DNA from: Selaginella moellendorffii
Lineage: Eukaryota; Plantae; Lycopodiophyta
Direction of reading: 5' to 3'
Assembly: GCF_000143415.4 (NCBI RefSeq)
Contig: NW_003314335.1
Span: forward strand, 278,113-342,112
Length of the DNA: 64,000 nucleotides
Positions 34,494-48,300 of this stretch are shown piece after piece. Position numbers and translations under genes: made by a program. Each line of letters begins with the position of its first letter. The stretch's first letter is position 1. Under the pieces are notes generated by a model. That model ran no database searches. It was not told where the DNA came from and worked only from the letters and a program-made list of their open reading frames with translations.

Positions 34494-35904
34494 GGAGGGG
34501 GTGCTGTCAGGAATCCCCCAATTCTTGCCACATTCCTGACTCTCGCCGGATTCCTGACCTGCAGACCACATTCCTGACTCTCGAGACACTTCCCTATTCC
34601 TGACTCTCGAGACACTTCCCGATTCCTGAGTCTCGAGTCACATTCCTGATGATGATGTGGCGCCTCCTCGACCTCAGCTGTATTTAGGCCGTCCTCGATC
34701 CAAGAGTGGTGGAGCTTCATCAACCTATAGTATATATAGGTTAGCCTTGTTCCATTTCTCCACAATCTGAATCAACACCAGTCTAAGGCCTCTTCTTTGT
34801 TTTCACTAGCTTTTTCTCTTTGTCTTTAGCATTTTCCAGTCTTGATCTTGTTGGGGGTCTTGACAATTTCCACACTAAATTTATCAATTCTTCCATTGTG
34901 TAAACTAGTTATTCCATGTGAAACAACAAGTCATTTATCTGTACCATACTTTCGTCCATGGATGCTCTACCAAGGGGAAGAACATATGCATGAATGCCCA
35001 ATATGTATAATTTCAAATTTAGGAGTAGGAATATACCTTGCTCAAGGGTACATTATATTTTTAAGTAGCCACTAATTAATGGAAATCGAACTTGTGCCAT
35101 TTGCTCTGATACCACATATAACACACTTTATATCTCTCCCCTTAAGCCAACTAAAAAAGAGACAATTGTTTAATAAGAGAGCCTTTAATAGCTATTTTAT
35201 CCCCATTTATCCCCCAAGGTTTCAAAGATCCATGATGACAGTATATCTAAATCTCATCCCATGATCACATGCGCTATAGTAGTGGATCTATGTTTAAACT
35301 ACTAAAGTTTACGAAAATTACAAGCACACTAATTCAAAGTATCAATATGGAAATTCTTGTGAATCTATCTAGATTTCCTAAAGACTATAATAAAAATTTG
35401 GTTTTTAAACTTCCACCTTCTAAAAATGCCATAGAAGGGATGCACCAGGATCAAGATGAGTATGTTTGGGTGAAATTTATGGCTTGTTTCATAGAGTGTT
35501 ATATATTCAATCTAAATGAGATGAGGTACTTACAAAGATTTAGTTACTAGAGAATAAAGAGGACTAGTGCTTATGAGAAATCAAGAGGTTAGATGCTTCC
35601 AAATCAAAGAATAAAAGATTTATAAGATTGAGTGAGTTATATATCAATTTGGAGTAGGATTTACAATTAAGTGTCTTGCTTGGATTGGAGGAATATTATG
35701 TGGTAAGTAGATAACTATAGGAACTCTATACACTCTAGCACTTTGTTTGTAGGGACAATGACAATATGGTGATCCTCCACAGCATTGTGATCAATTCATG
35801 TGGTTCTATTCAATAGAAGTTTTACATATATAGTCTATTGTAGTTATAGATTATTTAAAAACCAAAACATATACCACATACTTGGCCAATTGAAGAAGGG
35901 GTAG

Positions 35905-38900
35905 TGTCGCGAATGTGACTTCGGGTATCGAAAGTTACCTGTCGGCTAGTCCTTACGGACACTCTTACCTTACTGCCACGATGGCAGGAGGTCGGTATTG
36001 CTGGACCCTTTATTAGTCCCTCTTGTTCAAGTGTTAGTAAACTGGACTTTGCATCTGTACTTGGCCGGATGAGCATAAGGAAGGAATTCCTAAGTGTCTA
36101 TTTAGCTGAGCATACTCGGCCCGGCTTGTTAGTTCTCTTTTGCTTTGTCTTGCACTGGCTTGACAAGAACCCTCGCGTATTGAGATTGGTCCCTCAATAT
36201 CGCTACATGATAGCTTACCGTGTCTGCCAAACACCCTCGCTATCATGCCCTTTGTGTTAGTCTCATTTCGGTCCCAAATGCTAATTATGGAAAGTGTCCA
36301 GATTTGCTCATTTGGCATATCTACGAAATGTAGAGATTGGCCTGAACACAATAGTGTTCGTCCCGTGTCCAAATTCACAATCTAGGGACATTCCATATTT
36401 AGTAAGTTTCGAGTTTGTCCCAGAGACTAACTCCTGATACTAAAGGAGGCTTGGGGTGAAAGCCCAAAGCGTGTGTTCCTCAAGGGGGGGGGGGGGGGGC
36501 TATGGGGGGTTTCAAATGTATAGTAGGGATAGTGGGTAGGTCGGACATGGCCGACCAACCTGAGGCATAGTCTAGCTCCCGCTTGCGTGCCTATCCTTGT
36601 TCTGCGTCCAGCTTGGGTCTAAGCCCAAGTTCCATTCCATGCTAGCTGGTGGAGTACCCATATCCTCACGTTAGGCCACCGGTATGCTGAAATAGCGCCA
36701 GACTCCGTTTGGCTCCGTTTTGCGTGTTGGTCCTGGCATTGGGATGCTGGTTGCTCCAGGACTGTTCCAAGTCGCTCCGGGCTCCTGTCCCTTCGCTCGT
36801 TGGGCTATATGCTCGGGAGTTGCTCCATGGTCCGGTTCCATCACTCCTTGGCGTCATGCTTGGGAGTTTGGCACCGTTCCTTCGTTCAGTGGCCCAAGGC
36901 CCTGAACCTCGGGTTCCTATGGACATGTGGCACGGACACATGGCATGTGACACGTGGCATCTGTCACGTGGCACAAAGAGGGTTTAGGTTCCGCTTCGTG
37001 GTGTTATCCTATGGTAAATCACCATAGGATAAAGGGTCAAAACCACGTGCGCTACATTTGGTATCAGAGAATGAGTCTCAGCGAGTACTATTCAATGAGA
37101 TTGGGCAATTAGTCTTGTTGCATACGCAGAGATGAAAACGATGATCCGAGTGGGTACACGTTTGGGTGCAAAGGCTTCGCAATTGGTTCCTTGGGTATGG
37201 ATATTGTTACCTTGTTGTACCTTATGATGTGAGCTTGTGCTTGGGCTCATAGGATGGTTTGGAGATGTTCCGTTTGCACGAGTTTGAGCTTGAGCTTGTG
37301 AATGAGGCACATTAGCAACTCGAGGTTACACTTTGAGTTGGCAGGATTAATGTTAGCCTATCGTTGGTTCCATGAGTTGTTCTATGTACCATGGGTGAAA
37401 GCAAACCTCCCTGGGTTTGCTATGAGTGGCAAATAGGCTGGTCCGTAGCTGTTTAGCACGGCACTAGTGGATCCTTCCTAGGCATGATTATAATTGGATC
37501 AGTAAAGACTGTAGGGAATAGTCTTTTGGTTCAAGTAATCATTGCCATGCTCTCTCATAAACTTTTCTTGGATTGAACTGAAGGTAGTGCGAAAGCAAGC
37601 TTGAGGTTTGGTCAAAGATGAGACCGAAAAGAGAGTCATCGAGGACGGAGGATCAAATACGTAAATCATTTTCTCTTTTGGAGAGATGATTTGCAACGAG
37701 GTGTTAACTCATTGCTTGTGTTCACATTATGCAATCAAGAGTCCCTACCTTGATGCATATTGGAGATGATGGCCTTACAAATGGTGAGTTGTGGGATGGA
37801 TAGCGGTGAAGCGCTAAACCATTTTATCTAAGCTTGCTATTGGAAGACTTGGGTTGCAATGCTCAATTCTTTTCCGGGGAACCTTGCTACTGCTCCTTGA
37901 GTAGCTTGGTGTTGGATTAGTGTTGAGTTTGGTCGGAAAGAGAGTGGCATGAGCTTGTCCGTGTGGTGAACAAAAGTTAGTGATGTTGGGTGTTGTAAAT
38001 CTCTATCGGTGGAGTGTGGCATTTATGTTGCATTTTGTCGAATCGAGTTGGCATTTGATACTCACATAAACGTTTGAAGTAATGACATAAGCCTTGCTCA
38101 TTGCGTTACTCAATTGATGATCAAGTCATTGTGATTTATATCATATCCATGTGATAACGAGCAATGTGTTTACGAAGTTGCTTGGGTAAATGATGATTAA
38201 CCCCAAAGTGGTTGATGGAGAAGCTAGTCTACTTGCACGAAATAGCATTGTAGTAGCCTTGACTGGATTCTCAATGGTGGTCTATTATGCTAAGCTTATG
38301 TTGGTACCTTGTTTCTTTGAGGGTTTGCCCATAAGGTGTTGGGAATGGGTTGTAGCATTCATTTGCTATAGCTCATCTATTGATCCGTTAGCACTTGGAG
38401 TAGATTATTGGATGGAGAAAGTGTGAGGTTGATGCATTGACATCGCTAGCACTTGTGTTAGTGGAAGTGGCATTGTTGATTTGAGTGATGAGGAATTTTC
38501 CTTAGAGCTTGATTTTCCATGTCATTTTTCTTGTTAGTGTTTTGGCTTCCATTGGATCTTGAAGGTGGTTGAAGAAGAGTGTTAGTGCAATGTGGATATC
38601 CGATGATGTGGTCTTTGTGATCAAGCCTTGGATGCTCATTTTGCACTTTGCGGATGTCGGTGTTGGATATCGGTTAGATGGGCAAAGATGTTCGATGCTT
38701 AAGCATATTTTTGGATCATGAGAATTTTTGTTGAGGTGAACCTATGTGGAGTTGTTAGTAAGAGGAAGTTGGTTGAGTCTTGAAAGTTTGCAATTTTGGA
38801 TTGAGAGTCATTCTTTCTCTAGGATGGAAAATTTTCCACAAATTTTCTTAGACTTTTCCAATGGCTGATCTATTGATCACTTTGCTCGAAAACCATTCCA

Positions 38901-41900
38901 TTTTCGAAAGCCAGTACAAACTAGTGAAGGGGTTGGAGTTGACTTCGGTTGGCTTAGATCTTAGTAGGTAGTTTGTATGATGCGACCCGAAAGGGATGCT
39001 AACTTTTGGGGCTAAAGCAATTGAGTTGGATAGAGTCTGGAGTTGGTGTAGAAAAGTGGCTGTTGCGCTTTTCTAAGAAAGGTGACCCTTGTGCCTTTCT
39101 TTAGTAGCGTTGTGCTTGGTGGCAGTTTGCACCTTGCATTACGTTAGACTCTATGAGAGTAGTGAGCTCTCACTGATCTTGACTTGGTCTTGGTGGCTGC
39201 ACTTTGGCTGAGGATGGTGATGTCCAACTTAGTTGTTTGAGGTTGAGATGTTAGTACCCGTACTATAGCTTTGTCTATGAGGAGGTTGTGTACCGATATG
39301 AGTCCATCTCATGGTCTTCACTTTAGTTTCGACTGAGTGTTGATCACATAGCTAGCCTCTTCAAGGCATGCTCAGAGCTATTGACTAAATGCATTAGTGA
39401 GCTTATTGCGGTTGAGTTGGATTCGAGTGGTCATTTAGTTCGTGCTTGTCTATGAACTTTTATCTCGTACCTGGGGTATCACATTCATATTGGGCAAGTA
39501 TATAACTTGATGACAAGAGTTGGTGTTTAGGTCTTGTGAAGGCAAGTTGAGGAGTGATTGTTAGTTGTTTTGTGACTAGTGATTACTTGTAGACTTCGTC
39601 AAGGACCATTGACACTGGCTTTGCTCGATGATGATTTAGCAGTGATGGGCTTGCTTTACCGGATGGTGTTGTGGAGGATCGTGTCGTTAGACTTACATGA
39701 GTTTTTCATGTTGATATATCGACTCTACCTCTGTCGATATCATTAGGTTACATCTAGTCTGTAGTGTTGGATTTCATTGAGTCTTGGACGTGGTGATTCA
39801 CTCCTTGATGATGTGTTATCTGAAACTGAGTTTTGCTGAAGGATTGGTCTCAGATACTAAGTATAGTATCTTCGACTTTGGTTAGCTTGGTTGCTAGAGA
39901 GTTTTGAGTGGTGATTCACTCTTGCTTTCTACTAGCTTTGTTCTGTTGTTGATGGCATTGAAGTGATGCCTTGTCGTTAGCATTGTTGGTATTGAGATTC
40001 AAGTGAAATTAGATGTCTCTCTGTAGGATTGATATTGAGTTTCATTAGTCTTGATGAATATAGTGTTGATGATTTGGCTATAGCTTTGTGTTGTTGGCAT
40101 TCGTGCATTTTAGCAACTGTGTTGACGTTCAAACGAACTGAGTGGCAAGTTGAGTTAGTTGTGTTCTAGACGAGATTATTTAGTAGAGGGTTGAGCTTTA
40201 GCTTTTCCTTGAAAAGTGATTTAGTCATGGACTATGCTAACTCTACGAGAGGAAGAGTTAGTGATCGATATTAGAAGATTGAGTCCTTGCTGGATTTGAG
40301 TTCGGGATATAGCGATCATTAATGATTTTTTTTTTGAGCTTGTTACGAAGTGAGTTACGTCTTGCTATAGATGGATTCATGGAGGATCATTTGATGATCA
40401 TTTGTTAAGCATAGCTTCGTTATGCTTAGTTTTTGGATTGATGCAGAAATGCTCTTCATTAGCTTTGGCATTATGAAGTTTGGCTTATGGATGTGTTGAG
40501 GAAGATATTGTGGGTTGCACCATGGTTTCTTCTTTAGCATTGAAATTAGTTCATGCAAAGACTCGTGATCATTATTAGGCAAGACTTAGCTATAGGCTTC
40601 TTTGAACTTTTGGTTCCTTGAGTTTTCATGCTCATTGTTCCATTTGTTAAAAGTTGTTGGGGAAGGCATTTTGGCTCATTAGCTTCGATGTTGAAGTTGG
40701 CTTTGCATCTAGCACTCATTGGTGATGATTGACTATCATCTAGGATAATTGATTATCCATGTCAAAAAGTTTTGCTTGATTATTGTTAATATAAAATGGT
40801 TTACTGTTCTTCAGGATGGTGGATTCCTTCTTAAACGATGATTATGCATCTCTTTATTGATGGGCTAATTGATGACGTCAGTAGGATGTTGCTGACACTT
40901 GCTTAGGCAACTTGAGTTCCTTGGTATTGTTGGCTGGGATCTATTCAGATTGGCTTTTGTGATAGTTGGCAGGCATGAGTGTTTGTTGGTCTTACCACAT
41001 TCATTCTCTTCTGCTGATTATTGCTCAAGTTAGTTTTGATAGATTTGGATGTTATTTCCTTTGGGTGATACATTCGCAAGCATTGTGCTTGTTAGTCAAT
41101 GATACTTTGTGTTCTTTGAGTTTTCTCTAGTAAATTGTTGGCTTACTGTCTATTATTTTCGGTAGTTAAGTTTCATCATTGAGTTTCCTTGATGATATAC
41201 TAGCTATTGAATTTTGTTGGATGGTCATTCCTGTGTTTGCCAAATTATGATGATGTTGGTGGTTCCTATCTACAATACTACTGGTTTATCGGATGATAAC
41301 TTGCTTAGAATACTTTTGTGTTCTACTCTAAGATATAATCACTAGTAATTAAGCTTCTAAGATATCATTGTTTATGACTTTGATATAGTCCCTCTATATT
41401 GATCTTTGAGTTTGGGCCAGTATCGGCAGACTGGCTTCGGCACTTCGTGTGCATGCTAAAATCTCTAGTCATGGGGTAGCTACTGTCGACTGGTCACATA
41501 ACCCGCCTCTCTGTCGATGTTCTTTATTCCGTTGAAAGGGCGTGACCGTGTAAACAACTCTAACTGCCTGTTGACAATAGTCTATCTAAACCTTACCGAC
41601 GGGTTTGGTTTCTTTGCTCAGGAGGGTTGGGGCCTCTAGCTTCTCTCTCTATGTTCCTGCGGGCAGGGCATATCACACTTTTGTAGCTGGGTGACACCCA
41701 GAGCAGCAAGGGTGGCTGACTCCGTTGGTCATTTCCTTGTCGGCGACGGCTGAGAGGTGTCTGAGCTGGTAGCGCATCCGCGTTAGACAAAAAGGTTACC
41801 CCCTAACTCATTTAAGTTGGTGCATTTCTCACATAGTGTGAGTACCGTGAACTTTTTCTGGAGTTGTTTCCTTGGTGGTATTCTAGACTCGAGTGTGCAT

Positions 41901-43082
41901 CGACGAGGACGTCGATTTTCCCAAGGGGGGGAGAGTGTCGCGAATGTGACTTCGGGTATCGAAAGTTACCTGTCGGCTAGTCCTTACGGACACTCTTACC
42001 TTACTGCCACGATGGCAGGAGGTCGGTATTGCTGGACCCTTTATTAGTCCCTCTTGTTCAAGTGTTAGTAAACTAGACTTTACATCTGTACTTGGCCGGA
42101 TGAGCATAAGGAAGGAATTCCTAAGTGTCTATTTAGCTGAGCATACTCGGCCCGGCTTGTTAGTTCTCTTTTGCTCTGTCTTGCACTGGCTTGACAAGAA
42201 CCCTCACGTATTGAGATTGGTCCCTCAATATCGCTACATGATAGCTTACCGTGTCTGCCAAACACCCTCGCTATCATGCCCTTTGTGTTAGTCTCATTTC
42301 GGTCCCAAATGCTAATTATGGAAAGTGTCCAGATTTGCTCATTTGGCATATCTACGAAATGTAGAGATTGGCCTGAACACAATGGTGTTCGTCCCGTGTC
42401 CAAATTCACAATCTAGGGACATTCCATATTTAGTAAGTTTCGAGTTTGTCCCAGAGACTAACTCCTGATACTAAGGGAGGCTTAGGGTGAAAGCCCAAAG
42501 CATGTGTTCCTCAAGGGGGGGGGGGCTATGGGGGGTTCCAAATGTATAGTAGGGATAGTGGGTAGGTCGGGCATGGCCGACCAACCTGAGGCATAGTCTA
42601 GCTCCCGCTTGCGTGCCTGTCCTTGTTTTGCGTTCGGCTTGGGTCTAAGCCCAAGTTCCATTCCATGCTAGCTGGTGGAGTACCCATATCCTCACGTTAG
42701 GCCACCGGTATGCTGAAATAGCGCTAAACTCCGTTTGGCTCTGTTTTGCGTGTTGGTCCTGGCATTGGGATGCTGGTTGCTCTAGGACTGTTCCAAGTCG
42801 CTCCGGGCTCCTGTCCCTTCGCTCGTTGGGCTATATGCTCGGGAGTTGCTCCATGGTCCGGTTCCATCACTCCTTGGCGTCATGCTTAGGAGTTTGGCAC
42901 CGTTCCTTCATTCAGTGGCCCAAGGCCCTGAACCTCGGGTTCCTATGGACATGTGGCACGGACACGTGGCATGTGACATGTGGCATCTGTCACGTGGCAC
43001 AAAGAGGGTTTAGGTTCCGCTTCGTGGTGTTATCCTATGGTAAATCACCATAGGATAAAGGGTCAAAACCACGTGCGCTACA
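35905..43082 (+). mobile_element. Non-autonomous LTR element (LARD-like); ~1.15-kb LTRs at 35905-37056 and 41936-43082
   Basis: TG...CA LTR pair about 98% identical by hand count, tRNA-iMet PBS TGGTATCAGAG at 37059-37069, PPT AAGGGGGGGAGAG before 41936. The 4.9-kb interior has no long ORF. Confidence 0.88.
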
Positions 43083-43084
43083 GT

Positions 43085-44720
43085 GAACTTGATGAATTTG
43101 GAGTTTCAATCTTTAGTTGAAATAAGTTTTAAATTTGAAGAGAACACAATACAGCCACAACCACAAGCTTAACCTCAATATTATTCTTAAGAAGTTTCAA
43201 AAATAAAAAATAACAAACATGTAAAGATTACAAATATTTGGTCAAAGGAAATAAAGGCAATATACTCAAAAGCATTATAGTTAAAGGTGAAAGTTAAAAG
43301 TGTCAACATTAAGCAGCAATATCATCATCACAAGTATATAATTCTCAATTATGGAATTAATAATATAAAAAAAAAGGTTTATAACATCACAATCAACTAC
43401 AATTATGCATACTTCTTTTAACATCAGACTTTTGGTAAGCCTTTCATCCCTTGCATATGTATTTTGTATATTGTATGCTCTTTGGGTGGATCTAAATGTT
43501 AAACTTTTGATTCATCACCCTGCAATGTTTGAATATGAGGTATTTATAATATTGCAAAAAAATTAGATAGTGATATTTTATTCAAACTTAATATAAGATA
43601 AATAATTTTTTACTTATAAATTACATCTAAAAAACCATATAGATTTTCTTATAATAAGATTTTATATAATGATAAAATTTAATATAAATATACATTATAA
43701 ATTAGAGAATTCTTACTTAAATAATTAGTATAACTATTAAATATTAAATATTAAAATAATAATTCTTTCATAAATATGTTGATAAAGAAAAACCTCTATT
43801 AGTAACTATTGCTACTAAGATTACATACTTGTAGTTTATAGATATCTAAATATTATTAAAATTATTCATTAAGTATAAAATACCTATTTAATGTAAATGT
43901 TGACACTAAACTCATAACAGATTAATTTTTAGTGTGCCAAAATATTATAAAGATATTCTTGTTAACCACTGGCTCCCTATTGACATTGGTAAATCTTAAT
44001 AAAAGTTTTGCATATATGGTCTATTGCAATATAAATACCATTTATTTAATTAGTTAGAAATTTAATTAGTTTATTTAATAAACCCTATATATATTTCTAA
44101 CTATTTAATTAGTTAAAAAAGAGGTAAACCTGAAGAATTTAGAGTTTTGTTAAATATGTTTTCAATTTGAAGAGAACACTTTACAACTATAACCACAAGT
44201 TCAAAATCAACACTTTTTTTAAGAAGTTCCAAAAATAAAAAATAACAAATATGTAAAGCTTATAAATACTTGGCCAAAGGAAGTAAAAATAACATATTCA
44301 AAGGCATCATAGTTGAAAGTGGAAGTTAAAAGTGTTAATATCAAATAACAATATTACCATCACAAAGTATATAATTCTTAATTATGAAACAAATATTTTA
44401 AATAGAAAGGTTTACAACATCACAATTATCCAATTCCCAAGTTGTACTTGTGCATACTTCCTTCAACGTTAAATTTTTTGGTAACTTCTTAATCCTTTAC
44501 AAACATATGTATTTTATATATTGTATACTTCTTGGGTTGGATCCAAATGTTAATTTTTGGATTTATCACTCTGCAATGTTTGAATATAAGATGTTCATGA
44601 CATTGAGAAAGAATTCTATATTAATATTGTATTTGAATTTAATATAATATAAAAACATTTATTTATATATTATACCTAAAATAACATAGAGAATTTATTT
44701 TAATAAGCTTTTAAGTATAA
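43085..44720. repeat. Diverged tandem duplication of an AT-rich ~600-bp segment
   Basis: 43085-43660 aligns to 44130-44720 (AATTTGAAGAGAACAC..., TGCAATGTTTGAATAT...). 43670-43980 also recurs at 55730-56010. Confidence 0.75.
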
Positions 44721-46927
44721 TCACTAAAAGAATCTGATAGCCAGTCAACCAAATAATATAGTTTAGAACTATAATTTATTTAAATCTATTTGGAAAAAAG
44801 AGATGATGTTGGCAAGAGTAATTATAACACAATGATGAGTATCTTAGGCACAAGAAAGGTGATAATGAACTTTTTTATGAAAAAAAATCTAAAGTAGCAT
44901 AAGAAGTAACAAGAAATCACTTTGCAAGATTAGGTGTTTTAGGAAATAAATATGATCAATGAGAATGAATGCTATAGTTCACAAAAAATAAAGAGTGATA
45001 TATCAAAAAGTGTTGAAAAATGTTATAAGAAAACTTAACAAAAGGAAGAAAACCATCTTAATTATTTTATTTAATTAATAAAGTTTTTGTTTAATATTTT
45101 GATAAAATTTTAATATATTTATATATATATGGGGCCACCAAGGACCTCAATCTTAACATGTGATATGATTCCTTTAACTAACTAATAGAGTTAAGCGCGA
45201 AACTTCTCTAATACCAAATATAAACTCCTGAATTTAAACTTTCCAAGATGTCACCCAACCTAATATTACTCAAACCCAAGGACCCCTAAGTATCCCAAAA
45301 TTGTTAACCGATTGGGAAAGAAGATGCATTTTTATTCATGGATCCTTTCCTTTTATTTTTGAAATCATTCTTTTTGGTTGTTTATAGAATATTAAAATAG
45401 TGCCAAACTTTATATAGCTCCATTTATTTTATATATTAAGAGGAGTGAAGGAATAAATGCATAAAGTAATATTAGATTAGTCCTAGTGATTTCAACATTC
45501 CAATGCCAAGATTAATATTCATTGACTTTTGCATTATAAAATTTACCTTATGGATGTGTTAATGAGGATATTATGGGTTGTACCATAAGTTCCTTAGTGT
45601 GCTTTTGAACTTTTGCTTCTTGGTTTTAAACTCAAAAGTTTATCTCCATCTCTTTGCTTAATGGCTCAAGGCTTTAAAACTCAAGCCCTACTTCATTGCC
45701 TTTATCAGTGTTATGTTCTGCTCTATGGTTATTACTATAAGATAAAGGATGAAAACCATGTATATTATATTAAGTCACCAGTATACTAAAATCTTTATGA
45801 CTATTCCAATGTTATTCCTTACTTTTATTCATTTTCTCTTTAATTGTATACTTAGAAATTACTTTATACACTTATTATTTTGCTCCTTAGTTATATATTC
45901 AAGAGTTTATCTTTGTCCCTTCGATCAATAGCTTAAAGCTCTAAAACACAAGCCCCATTCTATTACCCTTGACACACATGTCCAAAAGTTAGATTTTACT
46001 CTATGGTTATCCTAACCATTTAAATAGTAAAACATCTAATGTTAGATAGTAATTTACTATAGTTAAAATGATTATAAAAATATTTATTAGTTTATGGCAC
46101 ACATCCTCAATTGATCTCAAGCTATAGTGCATTTAGTTTTCACCTTTCATAATAGTTAAATAAGGAGAAAAAATGATCCACAATCACAATAAGCTAATCT
46201 AAAGGATTTGCCTCTATAAATATAACTCACCCTGTTTCACATGCACTACACTCACACCCCTATTCCTTATAAAACAACTAGTTATCCACCTATATTGTAA
46301 TCCAATACAATAAATACCTATTTTAATTTTATTAGTTAACATTAAATATATACCATTTGCTTTGATACCACATATAGTACACTTTATCTGTCTTCCTTTA
46401 AGCCAATTGGAAAAGGGGCAATTGCTTAATAAGAGAGCATTTAATACCTATTTTATTCCTATACATCCCCCAAGTTTTTAAGAATTCACAATGTTAGTAT
46501 ATCTAAAGTTCATCCTCTAATCAACAAAGAAATACATATTCAGATAGATGAGGATAATAGCAAGAATGAATATAAATGTTAACAAATTGAATACAGCTTT
46601 AATAATAGAAAAGCATAGCATCTTTTATGATAATTTATATAAGGGAGAGTGATTTTCAAAATGTCCTAAATAAAGTGATAGTAGAAATTTCTAAAGCCAA
46701 GTTAATAATAAACATTACAAAGAGGTTAAGTGTTACTATTTAAGAATGATGAAAACTTTGGTAAGATTTATAATGATGCTATGTGAAGAAATAAAAACTT
46801 TATTGAGATTTAATTAAAAAATCATTTCTAATATCATAGAAAGGTTATGTTGTAGAAGGTGTTTGAGAACAAAGTGAATATCATAATTGTGTTTTTTTTG
46901 TCTTAACAAAATGTTATTAAAGTAGAT

Positions 46928-47851
46928 TGTCGCAAATGTGACTATGGATATTGAAAGTTATTTATCGATTAATACTTTTGGATATTTTTTCCTACGGAAA
47001 GAAGTCAATATTGTGTTGTGGGGTTAATTTGGCATTTTGAGTGTACTTAGACTGGACAAACATAAAGACATAATTTCTACATGCTATTAGCTAAACATAT
47101 TTAACCTAGTAAGGAGTTCCTATCTTATTTTGTCTTGCATTAGCTAGTGACAAAAACCTTTATGTATTGAGATTAGTTCCTCAATATCACAAAATAATAA
47201 TTTACTATATTTGCTAAACACCCTTACTATCATTCCTCATATGTTGGTCCAATTTGGTCCCAATGCCTATTTATAGAAAGCTTTTAGATTTTCTAGTTAG
47301 AATTATAAATAGAATGTAGAGATTGTCTTGAACATGATGATATTGTTCTTGCATCCAAATTCGCAATCTAACACCATTTTATATTTAGTAAGTTTTCATG
47401 ATTGCTTTAAAGACTAACTCTTGAGACTAGGGTGAAAGCCTTAGCTTGGGTATAAGCTCAAGCTCCATACCATATTAGCTGGTGGAGTATTTATATATTT
47501 ACATTAAAGCATTGATATACTAAACTAATATTAGACTTTGTTTAGCATTGTTTTGCATACTAGTCTTGGCATTGAGATATTCAATGCTTTAGGATTGTTT
47601 TTATGTTGCTTTGTGCTCCTGTCTCTTTGCTTGTTAGGTTGAATGCTCATAAGTCATCCCATGCTCTGGTTCTTTTGCTCTTTGATTATATATTCAGGAA
47701 TTTGGCTTTATCCCTTCATTTAGTGACCTAAAGTTTTAAAACTTGTCCAATTTATTGCCCTTAGACATGTGGCTAAGGGTTTAAGTTCTGCTCTATAGTT
47801 ATTATATGGTAAATCATCATAGGATAAAGGGTGAAAACCATATATGCTACA
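46928..47851 (+). mobile_element. Old solo LTR of the LARD family
   Basis: TGTCGCAAATGTGAC...ATGCTACA aligns to 35905-37056 with pervasive C>T/G>A changes; flanks TAGAT/TAGAA are a 4/5 TSD match. Confidence 0.85.
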
Positions 47852-47870
47852 TAGAAAAAAAATTTAAAAA

Positions 47871-48300
47871 TCACAAAAAAGCATAATTTTTCCTGTGTTT
47901 GAAAATAATTAAAGCATTGGTCATATCAAAAGGCCTCACTATATACTTATAACAAATATCGAACACTATAGCCACCCTCCCAATACAAATTAAATTTAAG
48001 TCAATTTTGGTGAAGAATTGACTTTTTAAGAGATACTCTAACATCTCATGAATTAGCAAATATAGGTATTAATTTGGGGTAGTGGATAATCAACCACTTG
48101 ATAAAGAAAGGATTTTCTTTAGATGAAAAAGAAAGCTACATTAGCAAGAGTAAGAGATTGAGAATGTTAAATAAACTATTTGAAAGGCTTTTTAAAATGT
48201 TTATGAAAAGCCTCAAAATCCACCAATAAAAGATTATAGATTAGAATAAATGGTAGTGATTTCCCCTCCAAAAAATTGATTAAAGCTGATAACATTGGCA
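47871..48300 (-). mobile_element. Ancient chromovirus RT relic
   Basis: FFTKIDL...YKYIVRPFDMTNALIIFKH parallels FFTKIDL...[19 protein letters not shown] of the young element. Confidence 0.7.

Larger units (their letters stand above)
29292..34865 (+). mobile_element. Full-length Ty3/gypsy chromovirus (Tf1/sushi/Tcn1-like); LTRs 29292-29678 and 34505-34865
   Basis: TG...CA LTRs that look identical except one 26-bp tandem unit; PPT at 34491-34504; order gag-PR-RT-RH-IN-chromodomain. Confidence 0.95.

Noticed and set aside
35855-37027. ORFs repeated at 36.0-37.0 kb and 41.9-43.05 kb as duplicated genes
   Set aside because: They are chance ORFs within the paired LTRs.
43430-43560. Helitron Rep-like motif (SIQYTKYICKG) on the minus strand
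   Set aside because: Too short, flanked by stops, and not conserved in frame in the duplicate at 44450-44600.
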